From Candidatus Moraniibacteriota bacterium (GTDB taxonomy: Bacteria; Patescibacteriota; Minisyncoccia; Moranbacterales; DUUL01), in assembly GCA_012841575.1 (NCBI GenBank), contig DUUL01000039.1, positions 38,954 to 102,953 on the forward strand: a DNA stretch of 64,000 nt. The letters are read 5' to 3'. Under the pieces are notes generated by a model. That model was not told the origin of the DNA. It worked only from the letters and a program-made list of their open reading frames with translations, and ran no database searches. A program made the position numbers and the translations under genes. Shown here one piece after another: positions 56,113-64,000 of the stretch (position 1 is the stretch's first letter; the number at the start of each line of letters is the position of its first letter).

Positions 56113-56988
56113 TTAATTAAATTCACTTAACCACTCCTTAACCGCTTCTTCATAGTGTCTCAATTTTGGAAATTTAGTGTTAACTAAAACTGAAGACTCA
56201 GCTCTTTTTGCTGGGCGAGGAAATTCATCAGGAGTAACTGGAATAACCCTGGGTTTATTGGGATCAACTTCTGCCAATTCGAAAAGCTTCTTGACTCCCT
56301 CATACCAGGTAACCGCCCCCTCGTTAATTATGTGATAAATACCAAAATTATAGTCTTTTTCAATTAAATCTTTGGTGGCTAGAGCTAAGTCTGGAGTATA
56401 GGTGAAACAAGATCGCTCACTATCAACTACTTTCAGTTCATCTTTCTCCTTAGCCAAACCAAGCATTACCTCAAAAAAACTTTTTTTAGCTGCTTCGCTT
56501 TTGGCAGGTCTCCCAAAAAGCTTGGAAATTCTAATAAGATAATACTTTCCCTCGACTGCCTCCACTCTCCGCTCTCCCTCTGCTTTAGACTGGCCGTAAT
56601 TAGAAATTGGAGAGGGTTTATCATCTTCAAAATACTCTCCCTTTTCCCCATCAAAAATATAATCTGAGACATATTGCACAAAAATTGAGTCAATGTCTTT
56701 GGCTACTTTTGCCAAAATTTCGGGTCCAACTGCATTCACTTTCATTGCTAAGTCAAATTCCGAGTCACTCTCTTCAGCTTTGTCAACAGCATTATAAGCA
56801 GCTGCATTAATGATAATGTTAGGCTTTTCATCTAAAATTTTTTTCCTTACCATCTCCTCAAGAGTGATGTCAATGTCTTCACGATCCCAAGCAATTACTT
56901 CATAAGAAGAATCCCCTGAAAAAGCTTTTGCTAAATCTCCCCCCAGCATACCCTTTGCCCCAATGATAATTACCTTTCTTTTTTTCAT
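56113..56988 (-). CDS. rfbD: dTDP-4-dehydrorhamnose reductase family
   Basis: GAKGMLG, NAAAYNAVDKAE, SDYIFDG, YGQSK, PAKR. Confidence 0.9.
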   Translation of the reverse strand: MKKRKVIIIGAKGMLGGDLAKAFSGDSSYEVIAWDREDIDITLEEMVRKKILDEKPNIIINAAAYNAVDKAEESDSEFDLAMKVNAVGPEILAKVAKDIDSIFVQYVSDYIFDGEKGEYFEDDKPSPISNYGQSKAEGERRVEAVEGKYYLIRISKLFGRPAKSEAAKKSFFEVMLGLAKEKDELKVVDSERSCFTYTPDLALATKDLIEKDYNFGIYHIINEGAVTWYEGVKKLFELAEVDPNKPRVIPVTPDEFPRPAKRAESSVLVNTKFPKLRHYEEAVKEWLSEFN

Positions 56989-57008
56989 TTTAATTAATTA
57001 GATGTTAT

Positions 57009-58124
57009 TTACTTAATTTTAGTGTAACGAGAAATGTTGAGCAAGATTCCAATGCTAAAAAGCGTAAGTAGTAAAGAGGTTGAACCATAGCTAATTAAAG
57101 GCAAAGTTATTCCCGTTAAAGGAATTAGTCCTAGAATAGCCATAATATTAACAAAAGCCTGCAAAACAATCCAAGTGGTTATTCCTGCCGCCGTTAAAGA
57201 AGCAAATTTATCTGGAGCTTGCTTAGCTATTCGGTAGCCTCTGAGTGCAAAAAATAAATAAAAAATAACAATTATCACCGCTCCAATCATTCCCAATTCT
57301 TCACCCACTATCGCATAAATACTGTCTCCGATTGGTTCTGGCAAGTAGTTAAATTTTTGGCGACTCTGACCAAGACCTAGCCCAAATATTCCACCACTTC
57401 CAATCGCAATTAAGGCCTGATTGATTTGATAGCCACTTCCCTGAACATCGGCTCCACTATCCAAGAAAGAAAGTAGCCTCTCTTTTCGATAGGTAGAGGT
57501 ATTAATTAAAATCAATAAGGAACTAACTCCACTCACAATTAATAAGAAAATATACTTCAGAGGCGCACCAGCTAAAAAATACATAACTAAGGCTATCATA
57601 GTAATTACCCCCAGAGAACCAATGTCTGGCTGAGCAATAATAAGCACCGCCATTATTCCAACAAAAATACTAAAGGGTAAAAAACCCTCCTGGAAAGAAG
57701 CTAGCTGTTTTTTTCGTCCCTCCATCCAGGCGGCTAGATAGATAATTAAGGCAAGTTTAGCAAACTCAACTGGTTGAAAAGATGCCCAGCCCAAATCAAT
57801 CCAACTTCTTGCTCCTTTTATTTCCATCCCCCAAAGTTGAGGAATTAAAACTAAAACGAGTAATCCAACCGCTAATCCAAATAAAATTAAGGCATTTCTC
57901 TTCCAGAAACGATAATGAATTTTAAGCGCCAAAAACATGACAATTATGCCTGGAATAACCCCGAATAGAAAATGTCTTCTAAAAAGATGGTATTCATCAC
58001 CAAACCTTGTTTTTGAAAGTACTGCCCCGGTTAATGCAATCATAGTCAAACCAAAGGCAAGCAAGGCTAAAGTTGCGATTAATAAAGAAAAGTCTATTTT
58101 CCCTGTCTCTTTTCTGTAAGCCAT
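57009..58124 (-). CDS. ftsW: SEDS peptidoglycan polymerase FtsW
   Basis: GARSWI, FQPVEFAK, QPDIG, GYQINQALIAIGSGG, GEELG, PLTGITLPLISYG. Confidence 0.93.
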   Translation of the reverse strand: MAYRKETGKIDFSLLIATLALLAFGLTMIALTGAVLSKTRFGDEYHLFRRHFLFGVIPGIIVMFLALKIHYRFWKRNALILFGLAVGLLVLVLIPQLWGMEIKGARSWIDLGWASFQPVEFAKLALIIYLAAWMEGRKKQLASFQEGFLPFSIFVGIMAVLIIAQPDIGSLGVITMIALVMYFLAGAPLKYIFLLIVSGVSSLLILINTSTYRKERLLSFLDSGADVQGSGYQINQALIAIGSGGIFGLGLGQSRQKFNYLPEPIGDSIYAIVGEELGMIGAVIIVIFYLFFALRGYRIAKQAPDKFASLTAAGITTWIVLQAFVNIMAILGLIPLTGITLPLISYGSTSLLLTLFSIGILLNISRYTKIK

Positions 58125-58166
58125 AAAAACTAAAAATTACCATCTCTCGGTTTCATCACACCAACG

Positions 58167-60794
58167 CTAATCTTGCTCCAAAACTACTCCTAAAAAACGA
58201 TCTTCTTTTAAATCAGAATCTAAAATTAGGCTATTGTTACTTCTAGTTAGGGTTTGTGGGTATTGCCAAATAATCTTATTCATTGGCAAATTAATTTCTG
58301 CTCTCAGCTTAGAACCTAGAGAGCCCGCCTGCTTTTGGTAAAGAACAGAATAGCTTTTACTAAAATCACCCTCCCACTTGAATGGCAATTGATAATTATA
58401 GAAAACCTCAACTGTTTCTCCCGGAGAAACATAATTCCAATTAGCGAAAACGGTCTTATCTTCTTCTTCATAAATTCTGGTTCCTGATTCAAAATCAACG
58501 ACCATTCCACTTTCTTGTTTTTTCACATCGGGATCTTCTACGAATCCTAATTTTTTATAATCGACAGGAGGCTCAGTAAACTCACGCACTTGTCCACTCA
58601 CTGATAGCAAACGACTTCCCTTGGGTACATAAACTCGCATGTAATTGGCATTAACTTTATTCCACTCACTATAGTCAGTTTGCCCTCCCTTGTGAACTCT
58701 TTTAATTTTTACCGCGCCTAAAATATTGCCCTGACTATCAACCTCTACTTTATGATCAATGCTCTCATCAATTACTCCATCTGTCTTGAAACCGTTAACG
58801 TTAGTATTAATCACCATTAAATAGTCTTTTGGGACCTGCATTATTTCCCCTGCCCACCCACGTGAAGAAATTACTTGCTGAATTTCGCTATTAGATGAAT
58901 AAAATAAAATTTGTTTTTCTTTTAAACTGTCGCTCACTAAAGACAGTAGCCTTGCTGCTGTTTTAGGGTCTTTGGTTTCAAAAATTCGAGCCAATATTTG
59001 TGGAGCCAGATCCGCCAAAATTCCTTTTGGATCAACAACATCCTCTCCTTCAAGCCCCTGCTCTTTGTTTTCCTGATCAACCTCCTCAATTACTCTTCTA
59101 ATTTCTCGATTAAAGTTCTCCTCTGTTATTATTTTGTTGTAATCTGCCATCTCGATCGGACCAGTAACTTCTAACATTCTTTGTAAAACATCGGGAGTAA
59201 AGGTGATAACTCCATCAATCGTTGGTCCACCCGTTTTTTCATAAAACCAAGCAACCTTTTGAGCAGAAGTGGGAAAATGAGGAAACCAATTAGCATCATG
59301 TGTCGACCAGCCAGCCGATATTTTTTGGATTGGCTCGGGTGGAATAACTTTTTCCCTTAACTGTCCATCTGGATTATAAATGCCCTCAATCTTAAAATCT
59401 TTAATCCTCCCATCAGCAACACTGATCAGGCCATAACTACCAATGAAACCACCAGTAGCACGCATTTCATGATTATTTTGAAAAAGTAAAAGATACTTTC
59501 TTGGTCCATTATGCCCTAGTAACTCCAAAAAAACTTGGCTATTACTTTCAATGGTATCAATCATTTCAATCACTCGCGGAATAGTTTTTTTAATTGCAAT
59601 GATATTATCCCGATAGTTTTCCGGCACATCTTTATCCTTCACCTTTTCTAAATCCTCTTGAGCTGATTCAATCTTTGTTTTAGCACTTAAAAGCTGCTGT
59701 CTCATTCTTAAAAATAATTCTGTTAGCGATTCGTTTGACTGACTATCCTCAAAAGAAAAAGGATTTTTAATATTACTCACTTCAGATAAGAGAGGCGCTA
59801 AATCTGCACCAGCATCAGCCAAGCTATTGCCTGCTTTAATTAAATTCTTCCCACTGCTTAACCTTGAAAGATATGGCAAGGAAGAGAATAAATCTAAAGC
59901 GTCGCCCCCTAAAGCATCAACTTGACTTTGTAGACTATTTAAATCTGTTTGAATTGCATCAAAATTATAAGTGAGAGATTCTAAGTCATTTTCCTCTAAA
60001 GCTGTTTTAACGCCCTTGACTCTGACATTTAAGTCTGTTTTTTGTTTATCTAAACTTCCCTTCAACTGAAATGCATAAGAGCCAAAAACTACACCAAATA
60101 CTACTAACCCACCAGCAAAAGCAGTTCCAGCAAACTTCCACCATCCAGACAAGCCACCCCTCCAGCCTAAAAAATCAACTTCTGAAAAAAAATTACTTCC
60201 TTGCTCCTTATTATCAGCTTCATTAGCCAGAAAATCTTTTAACTTTTCTTCCTGTTTTTTTTCTTTATAGTGAGCGTGTAGTTTTTGAGGTGGAATAAAA
60301 TCTGCCTGAGGCGCTATCTGTTTTGACTGACTTAATGGCACTGAAGTCGCTGCTAGCCTATTTAATTTATTGTTACTTCTCAATTGATTAAGGGGAGTAG
60401 TTGCATTTAGCCTAGGAGTAAAAGGCAAACTTCCCTTCCGAATAATATCAGAATTGGGTATTTTTTTGTGTTCTGGAATAAAACTAGATTTAATTAAAGG
60501 AGGTGTTTCTTTTTTGTCTCTTTTAATGCGATTAAATTCTAAGTAGGAGTAGTCTAAATGCTCTTGAAAAACAAAAGCCTGAGGAGAAATCTTTTTTTGT
60601 AGACCACTGAACCTTTGATGGTCTCTTCTAGCTTGATTAACCAACAATTCACTTCCCGTCTTTCTCTTTGACCATCCATCTAAAACAGGTTTCTTCGTGC
60701 TTAAGTCATCTTTTTTCAAAAAAGAATCTGTTTCAACTAAATCTAGAAAGGATTGCTCTAGAGAGTAATTTTGTTTCTTTTGATTATCTCGCAT
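58167..60794 (-). CDS. DUF4012-domain membrane protein with long low-structure N-terminus
   Basis: single TM, helical region, YLLLFQNNHEMRATGGFIGS, DANWFPHFPTSA, IDGVI, YMRVYVP.GS, QKQAG. Confidence 0.85.
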   Translation of the reverse strand: MRDNQKKQNYSLEQSFLDLVETDSFLKKDDLSTKKPVLDGWSKRKTGSELLVNQARRDHQRFSGLQKKISPQAFVFQEHLDYSYLEFNRIKRDKKETPPLIKSSFIPEHKKIPNSDIIRKGSLPFTPRLNATTPLNQLRSNNKLNRLAATSVPLSQSKQIAPQADFIPPQKLHAHYKEKKQEEKLKDFLANEADNKEQGSNFFSEVDFLGWRGGLSGWWKFAGTAFAGGLVVFGVVFGSYAFQLKGSLDKQKTDLNVRVKGVKTALEENDLESLTYNFDAIQTDLNSLQSQVDALGGDALDLFSSLPYLSRLSSGKNLIKAGNSLADAGADLAPLLSEVSNIKNPFSFEDSQSNESLTELFLRMRQQLLSAKTKIESAQEDLEKVKDKDVPENYRDNIIAIKKTIPRVIEMIDTIESNSQVFLELLGHNGPRKYLLLFQNNHEMRATGGFIGSYGLISVADGRIKDFKIEGIYNPDGQLREKVIPPEPIQKISAGWSTHDANWFPHFPTSAQKVAWFYEKTGGPTIDGVITFTPDVLQRMLEVTGPIEMADYNKIITEENFNREIRRVIEEVDQENKEQGLEGEDVVDPKGILADLAPQILARIFETKDPKTAARLLSLVSDSLKEKQILFYSSNSEIQQVISSRGWAGEIMQVPKDYLMVINTNVNGFKTDGVIDESIDHKVEVDSQGNILGAVKIKRVHKGGQTDYSEWNKVNANYMRVYVPKGSRLLSVSGQVREFTEPPVDYKKLGFVEDPDVKKQESGMVVDFESGTRIYEEEDKTVFANWNYVSPGETVEVFYNYQLPFKWEGDFSKSYSVLYQKQAGSLGSKLRAEINLPMNKIIWQYPQTLTRSNNSLILDSDLKEDRFLGVVLEQD

Positions 60795-60819
60795 TTTATT
60801 TTTACTATTTGATCAAAAT

Positions 60820-61986
60820 TTATTTTACCGCTAGAACCTTTTTATAAACAACTAATAATTTTTGTGCTGCCAACTCCCAATTAAACTTTTGAACCATTTT
60901 AGCACTTTCTTTAGCGGAAATTTTTCTATCATCATTTAGTGCTGCTTTAATCCCAAGGTATATTGTATTATAGCTTCGCGGATCAAAGTAACAAACACTT
61001 CTCCCTAGGATTTCTGGCATGCAAGTCATATTAGAAGAAACAACTGAAGCTCCCTTCATTAATGCTTCCAACGGCGGCAGCCCAAACCCTTCATATAACG
61101 AGGGAAAAACATACAGTCTAGTGTGCTTATACAAAATATCCAAGTCTTCATCCGAAACATAGCCTGCCAAAACTACCCCCTGAACTTCATTTTCATTAAT
61201 AAATCTGCCCAATCGCTCATAAAAGTAATCTTTTTTTCCAACCAAAACCAATGCTAGCTCTGGATATTCTTTTCTAATCTTCTTATAAGCCAAAACCAGG
61301 TTCTCTAAGTTTTTATGCGGATAGGCATTTCCAACATACAACAAATACTGCTTCTTGATTATACCATGTTTTTTCAAAATCTCCTCATCGCCATTTTGAG
61401 AAACAAAACAATGAAAATCGACTCCCTCATAGATCAGCTCAATTTTATCTTTTTTAATTTTAAGTCGCTTGATTATGTCCTGCTTTGTGTACTGAGAAAC
61501 TGCAATAATCTTTTCTGAACGCTGAGCTGCACTTTTAATTACTAATCGATAAACTAGTAATTTAAAATAATAGAAATAACGATTTAATGTCGTATTTTTA
61601 ACCGTTGGATAATGCAGCAAAATTAAATCATGAATAGTAACAATAAACCTTTTTCGATAAAACAAAGGAACATTAAAATGGCAAAAATGCATCAAATCAA
61701 GGTTGTGTCTAATTAGCAATAAAGGGAAAACAAACTGCTCGCCAAAACCATACCACCTAAAATCAGCTAAAACTTTCTTAAAATTGTTAGCTTTTGGTTG
61801 ATATAAATCAAAATTTTCTTTGCGTAAAAAAATAACATATTCAATCTCTTTATTGCCACCATCAATTTTTTCTAAATAGTCAACTGTTTTTTGGCAGTAA
61901 CGACCCAAGCCCTTATTTTGAGGACCATAAAAACGAGCATCAATTCCTATTCTTTTTATCTTTTTTTGTTTTTTATTTCTCTTCAT
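60820..61986 (-). CDS. GT4 glycosyltransferase (MtfB-like)
   Basis: IGIDAR, GLGRY, TIHDL, PHKN, FPSLYEGFGLPPLEA. Confidence 0.93.
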   Translation of the reverse strand: MKRNKKQKKIKRIGIDARFYGPQNKGLGRYCQKTVDYLEKIDGGNKEIEYVIFLRKENFDLYQPKANNFKKVLADFRWYGFGEQFVFPLLLIRHNLDLMHFCHFNVPLFYRKRFIVTIHDLILLHYPTVKNTTLNRYFYYFKLLVYRLVIKSAAQRSEKIIAVSQYTKQDIIKRLKIKKDKIELIYEGVDFHCFVSQNGDEEILKKHGIIKKQYLLYVGNAYPHKNLENLVLAYKKIRKEYPELALVLVGKKDYFYERLGRFINENEVQGVVLAGYVSDEDLDILYKHTRLYVFPSLYEGFGLPPLEALMKGASVVSSNMTCMPEILGRSVCYFDPRSYNTIYLGIKAALNDDRKISAKESAKMVQKFNWELAAQKLLVVYKKVLAVK

Positions 61987-62021
61987 AACGATATCATAGC
62001 ATAATTATCCCAAATGGAAAA

Positions 62022-63164
62022 TTACAAAAAATCTTTTAATTTCAGTCTCTTTTTTGCCATAAAAGCAATTTTCTCTGCCTGTTTTTTACCTCTTAAAACA
62101 TGTTTTTTTTGCAATGACGGACTTTCTAAAATTAACTTAATGGCTTGAAAAATATCTTCTACACTATAAGCATCAACTAAAATCGCTGCCTCTCCAGCAA
62201 CCTCGGGTAAAGAGGAATTATTTGCCGCAATCACAGGCGCTCCACTCGCCATTGCCTCTGCAACTGGAAATCCAAAGCCTTCGAAAAAAGAAGGAAAAAT
62301 AAAAGCCTTTGCTCCTGCGTAAATGCTAACCTTATCAGAACTTTTAACGTAACCTGGAAAAATAATTTCTTGTTTATATTTTGACTTTTCAACACAATTC
62401 AAAACTTGATTGTACTTCCAACCCAATTGACCCGCTAACACTAATTTTAAATTTTGCCCAATTTTTTCTTTTTTAACTAACTCATAAGCTAAAATTAAAT
62501 TGACAAGATTTTTACGTGGCTCAATTGTTCCCAGATAGAGCAAGTAATCTTTCGGTAAAGAATAACCCTTGATCACTTTTTTAATTTGATTTTCAGTCGG
62601 CTTGTTTTTCAAAAAATAATCCAGTGTTTTGATTGGCGTTATTATTTTAATTTTTTTAGGATTAATATTGTAAATACCAATCAAATCATCTTGTGTAGAA
62701 AGTGACACTGCCAGTAATTTATCCGCGCGTTGACAAAGTTTTTTAGGATTAATAATAAAATGCCACAACCGCTTTTTAAGAGAAAAAAATTCAGGAAAAC
62801 GCTCAAAAGAGAGGTCATGAATCGTTAAAACAAGCGGGCAATTTTTACTTAAAGCTAGAAAAGAAATGTTGGGAGACCAAAAAACATCCACTCCTCCCAA
62901 AAGAACATCCAACTTTGGCCAACCTAAAAACCAGACCAGAAAATTGAATAATTTATTAGGGAATTTATATCTTCTTATTTCAACATTTTGATATTTCTCT
63001 AGGTAGCTTAAATCAGCTTTAATTGGCTTAAAGCTGTTGTAAAAAAGCAAAAAATCATCCCCTGGATTATCCTTAATCAACTGAATTAAAAGGCCCTTTG
63101 CATACTCACCTACCCCAGTAATTTTTTCTTCAACTAAAGAACGAATGTCAAATCCAACTCTCAT
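62022..63164 (-). CDS. GT4 glycosyltransferase (MtfB-like)
   Basis: TGVGEY, TIHDL, GTIEPRKN, FPSFFEGFGFPVAEAM, SSLPEV. Confidence 0.93.
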   Translation of the reverse strand: MRVGFDIRSLVEEKITGVGEYAKGLLIQLIKDNPGDDFLLFYNSFKPIKADLSYLEKYQNVEIRRYKFPNKLFNFLVWFLGWPKLDVLLGGVDVFWSPNISFLALSKNCPLVLTIHDLSFERFPEFFSLKKRLWHFIINPKKLCQRADKLLAVSLSTQDDLIGIYNINPKKIKIITPIKTLDYFLKNKPTENQIKKVIKGYSLPKDYLLYLGTIEPRKNLVNLILAYELVKKEKIGQNLKLVLAGQLGWKYNQVLNCVEKSKYKQEIIFPGYVKSSDKVSIYAGAKAFIFPSFFEGFGFPVAEAMASGAPVIAANNSSLPEVAGEAAILVDAYSVEDIFQAIKLILESPSLQKKHVLRGKKQAEKIAFMAKKRLKLKDFL

Positions 63165-63181
63165 AAAAGGTTTTCAAAATA

Positions 63182-63799
63182 TTATTCATGCCAATAGTGT
63201 CTTAACAAAACAATGAGAACTGCGGTCCAAAAACCAAATAAAACAGCAAATATATTTGCTGGCCAAAAGGGAACTTTTTTTTCTTCAATAACTGTTTCTC
63301 CAAAAACTAACTTAAACCAAAAATCATCTTTTCCTGGTGCCAGGCTAGCTACTCTTTCGCTAATCACTTCTTTAATCTCACTCACAATCAAATTTACTTC
63401 AATAGGCTCATCAACTGAAAATTCGACTTTGATAAAGCCAGGAGAAAGCTGTTCAGCTACTAAGGTTTTTTTTACTCGAGCTTGAGTAGCGTCGCTCAAT
63501 TCATTCAGATTATCAAAAATAAGCTTTAACGTTCCGGAATTTTTTAGCCACTGAACAATTTCTTTGCTAAATAAATTACTTGCCTCCATTTGATAAAAAT
63601 AATCGTATTCATTTTGATTTGCCGTTGAATCATTTTTCTGAATTTGACTAGTTCGGCTTAAGCCAATCGGAAATGTAACTTGATAGCTTTGTGGCCAAAA
63701 AACAAGTACCAACTCAACTATCACAATAAATAAAACCCAGGTTACCAGAAAAATAGACTTGTCCTTTTTAATTATTTTTAAATATTCTTTTAATTCCAT
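63182..63799 (-). CDS. Wzz/CpsC-like chain-length determinant membrane protein
   Basis: MELKEYLKII start, N- and C-terminal TMs around a soluble domain; first gene of glycan operon. Confidence 0.65.
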   Translation of the reverse strand: MELKEYLKIIKKDKSIFLVTWVLFIVIVELVLVFWPQSYQVTFPIGLSRTSQIQKNDSTANQNEYDYFYQMEASNLFSKEIVQWLKNSGTLKLIFDNLNELSDATQARVKKTLVAEQLSPGFIKVEFSVDEPIEVNLIVSEIKEVISERVASLAPGKDDFWFKLVFGETVIEEKKVPFWPANIFAVLFGFWTAVLIVLLRHYWHE

Positions 63800-64000
63800 A
63801 GACTTAAATCACAGCTTAGTTTTTCAGTTTAGCTTAGGATATAGTTAAAATCAAGCTATTATTCTTAATCCTTTATTAATTTTATACACTCTTTAAGATG
63901 AGACTTCTTTATACCAGAAATTATCTTTTGTGAAAGTATTCTCGATGACAAAGATTTTGTTAAATATATTATTAAATTTTACAGACACAAAAAACCTGTT

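Noticed and set aside
63893-64000. Open minus-strand frame of 35 codons running from the window edge
   Set aside because: Too short, no recognisable motif; may be intergenic
1-64000. Alternative genetic code 25 (UGA=Gly) and the many short antisense ORFs in the track
   Set aside because: Conserved genes are full length under code 11 and several end in TGA; the antisense ORFs lie opposite well-supported genes

Overview
Low-GC bacterial chromosome segment using the standard code (TGA is a stop), most consistent with a Patescibacteria/CPR genome of the Parcubacteria type. This is an inference from the missing rpmD/L30 between rpsE and rplO, a mini-TsaB, an archaeal-type UMP kinase, an ADP-forming acetate-CoA ligase, DUF4012 and the near-absence of Shine-Dalgarno sites. 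Layout: (1) end of the spc operon to secY, tRNA-Gly, tsaB-like and mraY; (2) a ~17.4 kb Wzm/Wzt surface-glycan locus with multidomain glycosyltransferases, methyltransferases and coiled-coil elements (5108-22522); (3) a ~6.3 kb co-oriented cluster of five exported proteins (22519-28854), three of which share a ~45-aa DUF5648-like repeat: a SpoIID-type lytic transglycosylase, a subtilase and a protein whose three repeats are split by long helical inserts; (4) housekeeping and fermentation genes with three more tRNAs and a frameshifted prfB; (5) a minus-strand block (46.7-63.8 kb) with a solo Fe-S PD-(D/E)XK nuclease, gltX, ftsW and a second envelope/glycan operon. No CRISPR array, rRNA, integrase or transposase was seen. 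The best candidate for an undescribed system is the DUF5648-tagged surface module fused to the glycan locus. All family assignments are from visual motif recognition; no database search was run.
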